This document shows, piece after piece, positions 12,950 to 23,848 of a stretch of DNA of 64,000 nucleotides; positions within the stretch are counted from its first letter, which is position 1; the number at the start of each line of letters is the position of its first letter. The notes beneath the pieces were generated by a model. The model saw only the letters and a program-made list of their open reading frames with translations. It searched no databases and was not told the DNA's origin. The stretch spans positions 26,288,001 to 26,352,000 of the forward strand of contig OZ296650.1 in the NCBI GenBank assembly GCA_965655095.1, given 5' to 3'. Both the position numbers and the translations under genes were made by a program. This DNA is from Haplodiscus bocki. Its lineage: Eukaryota.

Positions 12950-15550
12950 GTTGCCGTCCATCAAATTTCTGTATTGTTGTTTTTATGCAAGAGAAGTTGG
13001 GAAATCGGGGTAATTTCAACTACTCTGAGACTAATTGTCAATTTATAGATTGTTCCTTTGCGCAGATACGGCTCCAAGTTCCTTCCTTTTTATACACTCT
13101 TTGCGAAAAGACTCTTTTTCTATCACAATTTCAAATTCAATTGCAGTTCGACATTTTTTTGATAAGTTTTCCGAGAGATGGGCCTGAGAAATCCAGATTT
13201 TTAAAGGCATTTCAAAACGTTTCAGATATTTAGATCTTTTAAGCACCTAGTGCACCTAGATTATCAATTTACCCTTTACTTGAACAACCAGAACAAAAAT
13301 TTACTTAATTTTAGTTTGAACATGTTTTGTTTTAGTTCCTTTGACGAGGCTTTTCGATTGGTTTCTTTTCGAACAGACCTTGAAAACACAGCTGTTTTCA
13401 AAATTTTCGTCAAATATTGGTCCGCGTGCCGATACGAGTATGGCAGAGAGACATTTCATGCCGTTGAATTGGAGATTCCTGCAAGTTTTTGATCTTGTAC
13501 TTTCTGGTTTTGTCGGGGAAAAGCCTTCTTTGCGCTTTTTTTGGCAAAAGTATGTAACGTCGAGTTTATTTTGGTTCGAGAAAGTATGTCAATTTGAACT
13601 TTTTGTTCTGGTAACCCAGAAATTCAAATTGTTTCATTTTTGTGAAACTTCGATCAATCACTCCCATTCAGGAGCTGGTAGCTTTTAGTTTTCGTGTGAA
13701 TGCTTTCTGATTGATTTTTCCAGCGAAACACTTTAATATATCGATTGTTTCGGAGTTCATTATTCGTCAATCTGAAGTTTCATATACTAGAAAATAGTCC
13801 GAAGGAATGAATCTCTTAAACAAGACAAACAAAACACACTATTTGCTTATGTCAGACGGTTCGGCTGCGATCACAGAATAGAGAATACTTCGGCAGATTT
13901 CGAAGCCACAATTTTTGAAAAATGAGCTTTCAAAGAATTTTTTTATTTCTTTTTGTCAATTTTGATCAAAAATTGTCTAAATTTGGCCTGGATTTTCAAT
14001 TGGCAAAACAAAGAGATTTCTTTTTTTTATAGTTTTTCTGTGGTTCGCGTCCGGCATTTTGGTGCAACGGTTTTGGGCAAAATTCAAAATTGTGCGGCAG
14101 TTACATTTGAAAAATTATAATTCTCAAATGGTGCCGCAAGGAAAATTTGGATAATTAATAATTAGTTTTGGGTCAAAATGTTTTTCAATACAATTTTAAC
14201 GAAACAAACATACAGATCGAGATTTAAAATGCATTTGAATGTTTTGTAAATCTTTAGTCATATCCTGAAAGCAATGACTGAAGAAAATGGATTTGTCATC
14301 GCAATAGCAAAACACTTTAGTGTATCACTCTATATCTTTCGGTTTCAACCAGACATTTTCTTGGATAGATTTTTCCGGAAAACAGTAAAATCATACTTTC
14401 TTTAAAAATTCTGGAAAATCATCAGTTTAAGTCAATTTCGTGAAGCATCGATTTGTTTCGAGAAAACTGATGGCACGGTTGTTTTCGGTGAGCGGATGCC
14501 GCAAATTAAGAACTGAGCACATAGTCGTGATTTGGTACTTCTGATTCGTGATGGGACGGAAAAGTCAAAATTGTCACCAATTATTACATTTACGTTTGGG
14601 ATTCATTTTCTTTCATCACTAAGAGGATGAAATTTTCCATCAAGAGCTCAAGCAACACTTTTCTACTTGTGGAGGACTACACAAAAAAATGATGAATTTT
14701 GATTTTTTTTGTTGAAGTCGGGTTAGTCCAGAAACCAAAAATGATAGTAATTTGACGAATCTTTATGTTCAAAATTCCATTTCTCAATAACTTTTGGTTA
14801 ACCTCTTCCATCGAGACTTTAATGGATATTTTTTCTTTTGTTCAAGAGTTTTCAGATTGAAAAATTTCCATTTTTGTTCAATCGAGAGACATATCATGTT
14901 ACGCTTAAATTGCGGAAAAATTAACTGTTGTTGGTTTTTGTCAATGTCCGAACCCAAGCTTTTCTCAAAATTTTTCGCGGTATAAGTTTGCATGATTGTA
15001 ATACATTTTGATGGTAGACTAATTGTTTTCAAAAAATTACAAGTTAAACAATCACGTACAAAAAGAGAGGTTTTAATGCTTCCGACAAACTCCCAATCGA
15101 AAACCACTTGATACAAGATTCCTTTTTACACCCCTTTGACGGAAAATATGAAAGAGAGACTGCGCCTTGTGAATTATTTTTATTTTCATCCTTCGCCAAC
15201 TGATGAAACAATTAGGCCACTGATGGACACTTAAAGAGTTCCGACAGCCCTTTTGTCCCCCTAAATTCAGGGAACTGAAGTTCGCAGTCCAGGTTGCAGG
15301 TATCAAATTGTTTATAATAGCTCAAAAAATGCCCAGACAAAACTGAATGTTGTTTTTACGAAATTGGACCATCGTGGGTTTTTCAACGCAATGGGAGTTT
15401 TCTAGCAGTCGCGGACAATGATTTTGGCGTCTGCAGACATCCACGAAGTTAATGAATCTTAGCGAGTATGGAAAGGCGTTGGTTCCATGTTGAAAAGTAG
15501 TTCAAATATATTCGGTAATTGAACTGCCATCAACAGTAAAACCTGGACAA
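12950..15550 (-). pseudogene. Second highly decayed Polinton-type PolB remnant
   Basis: Loose collinear motifs: GSSITEYI / NNIQFCLGIF (N-terminal), HD..SAH-like segment ~14500, ENFENSCVFKVCSKRN ~13365-13410 (cf. KL..NSCFGKT.ESKRNR). Confidence 0.35.
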
Positions 15551-15579
15551 CACAAAAGCAATAACTATTTTTCTACTTA

Positions 15580-15770
15580 GTGTCTGAATAAGAAAGCGAA
15601 GTTAATGGAAAAAACTTTTTCGATTTCATCACTCATCATATGTTACATATTGCATCTAAAACGCATTTGCAGAAGATCAACATAAAAGGGAAGTTTTGTA
15701 GGATATCTAAAACACAAGTAGAAAAAAAATATGATGGATATCATCAAACTAAAAAACACAATTCTGCTGT
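15580..15770 (-). repeat. PLE pseudo-LTR, 3' copy
   Basis: Shares GTCTGAATAAGAAA, GTTACATATTGCATCTAAAACGCATT and ATATCTAAAACACAAGTAGAAAAAAA with 29442-29625 in the same orientation. Confidence 0.85.
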
Positions 15771-15799
15771 AGGTACTATCAGAATACATATTTCAAAAT

Positions 15800-16690
15800 G
15801 TGGCTGCGATATTCATCCCATGTGTTCAATGACGACTTTAGCCAGCGAAAAAACACTGCCTACAGTGATAATTTTGTCAATGGGTGGGTTTTTAGTCCCA
15901 GAATTTTGACATTATCCGTAAAGAACACAGGTTTCCCCTTTGCAAGATCTGAACTGATCGCCAATCGGAATTCTTTTGCATCGATGCTCACAAATTCGGG
16001 TGCCAAGATGTCTGGTTGTTTGACCAACATAAGTTTCTCCACATGAGTAACACGTAATCTCATGGACTTAGTGGTTCCAAATACCACGAGGCACAGATGC
16101 TTTCAGTCCATTTTGTTGGATTCGTACTTTGTCAGTCGTGAAGTAAATTTTGAGGTTACCAAGTATGTTTCTCAAATTCTGAACGAGTCATTCAGATTCT
16201 ACTCCCCGATAAATGAGCTCCAAATTGTGAGTTTTGCCACTACTTGTAGTGGTAGGACAATCGTGTGCTATTTTCATGGGTGACAGCAGTCTGGGGAGCG
16301 TGGCGTTTGTGAAATAGTCTGAATAACAACCTTTATACACCGACTTGCATGCAAAAGCTCCTAAGTTCTCGAAATTCCATCAGGGAACTGACCCAATCCA
16401 CTTGATTGGTTAAACATCTGATGAACAAGGCCGGTAACAATGCCCGATTTGGAAATGTTTGGACCGATGGAATGGTGGTTCAGAACAACATCCATGTCAG
16501 TTAACTTTCTATACCACAAGAAGTAGCTTTTAGCAGTAGTGTTTGACAAATTTAGGTCCGAAAAAGAGCTGTCACGCACAAAATATTCCAACCGATTAGT
16601 TAATTCCCAATTCTGGTGCTTTGTGTTGACAAAATCAATGAAATAAATCTCTCCACCTAATCTCATTGTTTTTAGGTTGCCATTGTCGCA
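15800..16690 (-). pseudogene. PLE RT thumb region and GIY-YIG endonuclease remnant
   Basis: DFVNTKHQNWELT, WYRKLTDMDVVLNHHS..GIVTGLVHQMFN (cf. WYRKPTDTG..LNFH..GLVHRIFN); ITCYSCGETYVGQTTRHLGTRICEHR at ~15980-16057. Confidence 0.88.
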
Positions 16691-16912
16691 GCACACCTGC
16701 GAGGCATGCGGCCAGCCCCTACCAGCATGAAAGACACCCTAATGCTCAGGAAACACTCAAACGCTAACACTAGAAACCAAACTCTTAACTCTGCACCATT
16801 GGACTAATTTTAAGTATTGTGCAAATATACGGAAACGTATCTAATACGTATCCTTCACAATGTATATATATTGTGGTACGTATTTATATGGAACTGAACT
16901 GATCCGGACTAA

Positions 16913-17161
16913 GACGGAACCGATACGGAACAAACAAGTATTCATAGAGCATTATTAACCTAAAAGGTGCTATTTTTATACTAAAAATGTTTTTAATTAA
17001 TAAACCTAAATCCAATGTTTTCAACGAACTCTGACGGTTTGACTGATTGCAACAAGTGCAGCTTAGTTAAAACTTGTGAATAAATTCATGCTATATGCAG
17101 AGTAACTGATTTTAAGTATATTGACTCTCGGAGTGAATATTTGTTCCGTACTTGTTCCGTC
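16913..17161. repeat. Imperfect inverted repeat (MITE-like)
   Basis: Left GACGGAACcgaTACGGAACAAAcaagTATTCA versus reverse complement of the right end GACGGAACaagTACGGAACAAATATTCA. Confidence 0.55.
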
Positions 17162-17409
17162 ACTACTAGTCTGGTGACGTCAACAACACTACTCTTACTA
17201 TGCCGTGCTGCGGTGCTGTGGTGAATAGGGAGTGATTCCGGATTCACTCCTAATTTGAGCACAGATCACTATCACTACTAGTGAATACGGAATCATCCAG
17301 AAACTACTAGTCGCTACTCGTACGAACCAGGAGTAAAACTAATAGTGCTACTAGTTTCTCCTCATTTCTAAAGAGTAAAGACTGATGAACTGTGTTAAAA
17401 AACGATGAA

Positions 17410-18410
17410 GGTAGCACGACGGTGATAAAAATTTTTATTTTTCACATTCTTTTGGTATACGGTTTTATTTTTTTCATACTTAAAGTCAAGCATCTTGTAG
17501 TTTTTTTTATTTTCCTGACTGGAGGAAATATAAAATCTTTTCCCATTTATGGAAGATAGTTTTCAAACTGTATACAATTTGTCGGCGCGAGAATAAGCGC
17601 TTTCGTGTCCATCTCTGGTGGATTAGGTCCCTCCATTTTCTGTCGAAAAGTGGAAAAGGCGCGTCCTATGAGGGAAGAGATGGATAGAAAATTTGCGTAT
17701 TTTCAGCCAGAGTCGGCATTTCTGACTTTAATGTTACAATTTAAGAAGTAATTTTCCCTATTTGTTTTGTTCCCTTTGATTTGGCGTGTAAACATTTGCT
17801 TCTCGCCAGGGAGAAGTTATAAATAGGAGTGTTAAAGTACAGATTTAGAAATTTTGAAATTTTAATTAGCACTTGGTAGTATCGACGGTATTAACCAGTA
17901 TTAGTATTATTGTTTCCATCATTGAAAGACTGCGAACAACAGTTTGATTTCACTTCAAAAAAGACAATCAGATTTTAATCACTGACAAACACTTTCCCGT
18001 AGAAGTGGTAACTCTTGGGAACAAGAAGGAATTGGCAGCATTAAACAAGGAAAAATGTGAGGAACATCCTGGGAGCAATGTGGCACAAAACTCGAGTGAA
18101 TTCAGATCACAAGAAGACTACACAACTCAAGTTTTTGAGGAAATTGAGGGAAAAGTCACAAAAAGGTTGTCTCAAGAGTTCAGTAAGACAGGAAACCGCA
18201 TATTGGACCAGTTATCACGTCTTGACGACTTTCTCATTAACCCGCTAATTCAAAGCCACTCGGGAACCGCTCTGGAGATGTGCCGGATCCCGTTTAGCAC
18301 AAACCAGCGGACGAGTGAGGATAACTCCCAGAGTGATCCTCATACCGAAGCAGGCATCTTTCAGAGCGAGACTACACACAACTCTGGCCCAGAAGACGGC
18401 CACGATAGTC
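17410..18410 (+). mobile_element. Probable solo LTR / gag 5' remnant of an LTR retrotransposon inserted in the PLE
   Basis: ORF 18005-18448 (VTLGNKKELAALNKE..TQVFEEIEGKVTKRLSQEF) has a diverged paralog at ~59298 (MATLGNKCKMAAVARD..VSQVMEDGVTEKVS), so it is a repeat family. LTR/gag identity is inferred; no TSD confirmed. Confidence 0.5.
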
Positions 18411-18439
18411 ATCAGGAAAAAGGAAAAAAAATCCCAGAT

Positions 18440-19608
18440 GAGAACTAATCTCTTCAAATCGCGACATGGAAACGTTGACCAACGGAATGCGAACTGGATT
18501 TCCCGTAGCCACAACATCTGCTCGACGATATTAACCAGACTCAGTTAGAAGTAACGCATATGTACCTTCAAATTCCAACAGCTCTGTGAACATGGTTCTA
18601 TCTACGAGCGGCATTTCAACTCCAGACGTGTAAAACAACTCAGCAGTAACATCCATTGCTTTACGGAATGGCAAGTTGATGTGATGGGACTCAACAACGA
18701 GACTCCCTAAAATTTCATCTTTGTCAAGCCTAACACACCCAAGTTTGTCAATCACTTCTTTGGCATTTTTGTTGATCTGACATTAAGACAGCTCAGATGA
18801 CATTTCAGCTAGCTACGTGGCAATTGTATGCTAAAGTGACCCTAGCATTGACATAATCGGATTCAGTGGTATTCCACCTTCATGAACCTTGGCTAAACCT
18901 TGAAACCGCGCTGGTTGAGTCCCACAAGGCCAGGGTCCTTGAACATCTCATCGATTGAGCTATTGATCCTCAGCACTATTAGTTGCTCGTATAGATATTT
19001 TTCCAGTATCACAGGGTTCCCGCCATCATTCACACATGTTTTGAGCTGAATACCTGTAAGAATATTAACCATTTTTCCGTTTTAAGTGATGCTTTTGATT
19101 ATAAAAGAACAATACCCTTGGAAAAGGCACTGGTAATACTTGATTTTCTTTCAACCATTTCTTTGCTGTTTCTATTAGCTGCCACATAACGGACCGTTAG
19201 CAAATTGATCTCAATCAAATCATTGAGAACACCATTTCCACTGAATTTTCACAATAGTTTATTAATCTCTACCAATAGACATTCTTCCTGGAGATTCATT
19301 CTGACAGGATGCTTTGGTCCAAATCGCAAAACTCCTTGACAATAACAAGGACATCGATGTCATCCAGCTGACTTGAATAAACTTTTGTTTGCAAAAGTGG
19401 TTCACCTGTAAATAATAATAATAATGTGTTTCAGTATCCAAAGAAAACATCTAATACTCTAAGTAACAAATGTACAGCAAAACCTCAAGATTATGTTTCA
19501 TTACAGTCCTTCTCTCAGGCAGTGATCTGGGAATATGTTGAAATTCTGGAAAACTGAAGCACTCGTTTTCCAATTTACGCATGTGTCTAGCTTCGGTGGC
19601 CTCAACAT
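18440..19608 (-). pseudogene. PLE reverse transcriptase remnant
   Basis: PCGTQPARFQGLAKVHEGGIPLNPIMSMLGS ~18840-18930 (cf. GSQPARLYGLAKVHK..PLRP..S..GS); LGSLVVESHHINLP (cf. LVSFDV.SLFTNVP); YRRADVVATGNP (cf. Y.Q.DGLAMGSP). Confidence 0.85.
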
Positions 19609-21580
19609 CAGGGTTGGTCAAAAACCATTTGCATTTCAATTAATTGCAATTAATTGCAATTATTGCATTGCAATTAGGTATTTGCAAAGGTAGAAACATT
19701 GCAATTAATAATTGCAACGGCCGCTATCAATTGCAATTACATTGTTATTATGGTATGTCTATTTCTCTGAAATAAGCAGTTTTTGTTCGCTTCATATTAC
19801 CATATCTCAGAAATGAAAGCCATATTGTTCCGTTGTCTTATTACATGTCCGCTTTATTGTATCAGATTACTTGTCCGCTTTACTTCTAGATACAATGCCT
19901 GCCCGGAAAGTTGAAGCAATCGTCAAGCGGTATTTTGCGGAGTTCCCGGAAGACAACAGCAAATGGAAGTGTAGATGTGGGAAGATAATGAGCTAAAAGC
20001 CGAACACATGTTGGAGCAATCTTTTTCAGCATATCAGAAGTCAGCATTCCGACTATTTACAGGACGCTCAGCCAACTCATCAAAGTTTCGTAGTATGAAA
20101 GCCAGTTAGCGCGAAAAAGGCAGCAAACATTGACTTCTGGCTAGAATGGATATGCTGTGACCTCAAGCCATTCAACTTTGTGGAGAACGAGCTGACGCGG
20201 AAATACTGTAACTTGGCGCCCATTGCGGAGAATACGGTGAAGAAATATATGGAGATCGTGACAAAAGAGGTGGAAGCTGTGATTAAAACCAAGCTGCCCA
20301 ATTGGTTTGTACTAGTGATTGACGGTTGGTCGAAGAGTTCGACTCATTTCGATGGTGTATTTGTTTCCTATTCTTGTGACAACAATTTGGGATGAGTCAG
20401 CATTACAATCGTTTCCACCGCTGCTAACGGAAACAAGTTTCAACGCCTGGGACCTTTACGACTACCTTGATTGGGTATTAGGGTTGTACAACAAGACATT
20501 CGAAAATGTTGTTTGCATTTGCGGGGACAATGCTGAAGTTAACAAGGCCATTGTTAACCTATGCAATTTACGCCTTCTTGGATGCAATTCATACCGGCTG
20601 AATTTGGCAGTCAAAGAATTTACGAAAACAAGCTCCAATCTGCTTGAAAAGGTGAACAACTTGGTGATCAAACTACGGGGTGTAAAACTCTCTGGCAAAC
20701 CTCGGAAACTTACCGATCTGCGGCCTGTTTACAAAAGTGACACACGTTGGCTCAGTGTTTATGAAATGCTGGATCGATTTTGCAAGCTCCGTGCAATCTT
20801 GGGTGACTCCAGTTTTGCCAAGGAGCAAGTTGTTATGATTTTTCTACCAACTTCAAGAGATGCGGACCTTTTGGGCTTTTTGGAGCCAATCATGAAACTG
20901 AAATCGGTGACACTGGCATTACAGCGTAACAATATCAACATTGCCGACGTCCTTTGCCTGTTTGAAAAGGTTACTTCAGAGTTTCCCTGCACAAAGAAGT
21001 ATCTGGATCCAACGGCAACGATCGTCCGTTCGCCCGTCTCCGAAAGTGCTGTTTGCAAGTTGCAGAATGGTCAACAGTCTGATTTGAGGGAAGGTTAGAA
21101 AGGTGAGATCTCCAATCGCAATCCAAAGCGTCAGTCAGCCTGAAGATGTTCGATTTGTAAATGAGGAAGAAGATTTCGGCAGCTCAATCATCAAGAAGCG
21201 AAGGCAGGAGTGCGAGACCAAGAGCCCCAATAGAATGGACATCGATACTCGATTTCTACTGCCGACATCCAATATCCTTGAACGTTGTTCAGCACTGCAG
21301 ATATTACGTATTCTGATATCCGACAGCGTCTACTGCCACAAAATTTGAAAATGCAACTTTTCCTGAAGATAAACAAAAAGTTTTGGACACTTGATGTAGT
21401 GGAAAAGTGCGTAATTTCAGTTGATACCTGAATATATCCCTTTGCTGGCTATTTGTTTGCAACGTTGAAATAATTGCAATTAATTGCAATTATTAATTTT
21501 TAAGTTGCTAACATTCCATTTATTAATTGCATTGTATGAAAATAATTGCAAGGAGTGCAATTACATTTTGACCATCCCTG
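19609..21580 (+). mobile_element. hAT DNA transposon, 1972 bp, complete ends
   Basis: TIR CAGGG(T/A)TGGTCAAAA (14/15 match); perfect 8-bp TSD CTCAACAT at 19601-19608 and 21581-21588; subterminal TAATTGCAATTA repeats at both ends; internal transposase. Confidence 0.95.
19895..21431 (+). pseudogene. hAT transposase (BED-type zinc finger, RNase H-like core, C-terminal dimerisation region), disrupted
   Basis: WKCRCGK..WSNLFQHIRSQH; VIDGWS; CGDNAEVN; GCNSYRLNLAV; DTRWLS; LLPTSNILERC; MQLFLKINKKFW. Several stops and frameshifts. Confidence 0.9.
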
Positions 21581-21985
21581 CTCAACATCCCCACTTTTTT
21601 TGACGAACAAGGAACAAAGCTGATGGAAATATTAGAGCGGGAAATTTCAGCTTCACTTCAGTGCGGGCTTCGTTGAGATTCTGTTGCAGGCCATCTCTAT
21701 GTCGTTTAGTCTTCGAAATTACCTTAAAGATCCTAAAGATCCTTCATCGGAAAGCCAATGAAATATTAAATAGTTTCAGAGAATTTGAAATGTGTTCCTG
21801 GGCAGCCGTGGTGGCCCAGCAGATCTAGTGTGAGAAGAGGTGCTGGTGATCGCCATCCCAACGTTCAACTCCACTCAGCTGGACCTCACACCAACTCCCA
21901 GGTTAATTCGTTCCTTATTAACTTCCTACCACCCTCCTGCAAGCAGTAATTCTCCCTACTGGAAGGTCCTGCCCCTAGGGGCCCC

Positions 21986-22600
21986 ATGCGGTACCACACA
22001 TACAAGGGCTCCCACTGCAGAAACCTTTTCATCGCTGATTCGCAAGGTAAGGAACTCAGATTTCCAAACTACAACATCCTGTCCCTACCTGGTGGAACGA
22101 TCGCTACTGTTCTCGACTTCCTTTTGCCAAAGGATAAGTTCGACACCATAGTGCTCTTCATCGGAGGGAACAACGCCTTCAACAACCAAACGCCATCCAC
22201 TCCCCCGCCCCGCGAAATTGCAAAGGAACTGAGTCACCTTGCAAACAGACTCCTGGAACTCGCCCGAAAGGTCGTCATCCTCGGAATACCCTTCAGGAAA
22301 CGTGAAAACAACCACAATTGTGCCTGAGCAATCAACATCGAGATTGAAAACCTGAAAAGTCAAAACTCCTGGAATTTCCGAGGAATAGCAGCAAAGACCC
22401 TCAAAAACTCCTACTTACAACCAGACGGTGTTCACTTGACACCCACAGAAGGCCTGCAACCCGTCAGATCAGCCCTCAAAAAACTTTTCAATAAGGAGTT
22501 CTCCAAAAGTGCAGACTCTGCAGGTCACATATCTGACCTAGACTGTCCCTCAGACAGGCCGTGCAGGTGCTCTTACTTCACTCTCCCTCGCAGACGATAG
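21986..22600 (+). pseudogene. LINE ORF0: SGNH/GDSL hydrolase (esterase), 204 codons, one internal TGA at 22325
   Basis: SGNH blocks: FIADSQ (I), LPGG (II), LFIGGNN (III), and QPDGVHL (V) in frame after the stop; ends HISDLDCPSDRPCRC..RRR then TAG at 22598-22600. Confidence 0.85.
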
Positions 22601-22832
22601 AGAACCGCAGGTGCTTGACCGTTAGGTTCCTAACAGTCTCATAGGTGCCACAGGTTCTCCGCTCTCTGCACTTCAACACACGCAAGAGCCTGGTTTCCTT
22701 TGCCTCTGGTCGCCCCCAAAATCCTAAAGGTCAGTTGCACTCTTAAACTCCACTCTGTACTCTACAACACCCTCAGAAAACCGCAGGTGCTTGACTGCTT
22801 ATCAAACGGTCACATAGGTGCCACAGGTTCTC
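22600..22832 (+). repeat. Two copies of a ~58-nt structured motif (22600-22659, 22776-22832)
   Basis: Both read AACCGCAGGTGCTTGAC-[variable hairpin]-GTC.CATAGGTGCCACAGGTTCTCC. Confidence 0.9.
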
Positions 22833-22909
22833 CACAAACTCCCCCACTGACACTTACAAACGCCTGAAGCAATTGGAAAGTTTTTACACAACTCTATACT
22901 GATCAAAAC

Positions 22910-23848
22910 ATGACTGGAACTAGTGCTAGCAACTCTGGTGGGCGCAAGAATATCGACAGCAAAGTCAGAGAAACTTGCAAAACTTGCACAAAGAAAATCA
23001 CAGGGGAAAAATTCAACTGTGTGTACTGTCCCACCGTCTTGCACATGACACCAGAGTGCACCCTACTAGACTCTGACTGCGTCGCAGCATTGATAAAACT
23101 CGGAAATAATGTCCTACACGTGTGCAACAGCTGCATTCACCGACGACAAAACACAATGTCAACAAACGACAGAGATTTCAACGAAAATGTCGAGAAATTG
23201 AGGGAACAAGTAGCGAAAAACTCCGAGCAAATGGAAAAGTCTTTACGATTGATCGAAAAAATTGGAAATGAGCTGAAAAAAGTTCAGTCCAAACCTACAG
23301 GCGAATTGACATACGCAAATGCACTGGGTTCAGTGAGGCCAGGAAAGACAATAACCTCTCAGAAAGAAACGAAGGAACTCGGAATACGTTTCCGAGGAAT
23401 ACCAGAATCAAAGGATGTCTCATCAGACGAGCAACTGCAACATGACATGAATGCGGTAAAGGCAGTGCTAAATCATCTGCAAATAAACGACCAACCTAGT
23501 GTAGTGCAAAGGGTCGGGAAGTTTGACCCCGATCCGGGAAAGTCGCGGACCATCATTGTCAATCTCAAGACACCAGTAAACAAAGACCTCCTCCTGAAAT
23601 CGGCCTACAAGCTAACGGACTTCCACGATCTTGGCAAATCAGTCTTTGTAAGTCCAGAGCTCACCATAGAAGAGTACAAACGTGAACGTGAGGCCCTCAG
23701 GTAACGACGAAAACTACTCGAGTCAAAAGCCTTCGAACCATTCCAACTGAGAATACGTGACCTGAAACTTCAAGTGAAAACTGAAAACAAGTGGGATGAC
23801 TATATCCCCCCTGCACACGATTTGGATGAACAAACAACCACTGCATGA
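22910..23848 (+). pseudogene. LINE ORF1: PHD finger, coiled coil and RRM-like domain; one premature TAA at 23702
   Basis: CKTC..CVYC..H..C..CNSC (C4HC3); heptad-rich ENVEKLREQV..LKKV; IRFRGIPES, RVGKFDP, RTIIVNL, VFVSPELT. The frame continues past the TAA to TGA at 23846-23848. Confidence 0.88.

Noticed and set aside
22600-22832. Repeat-spacer-repeat pattern as a CRISPR-like array
   Set aside because: Only two copies, eukaryotic LINE context, no cas genes.
21986-22912. ORF0 and ORF1 as one fused ORF (both are in the same frame)
   Set aside because: TAG at 22598 is followed by another in-frame TGA at 22616, and the spacer looks like structured non-coding repeats. Sharing a frame has a 1-in-3 chance.
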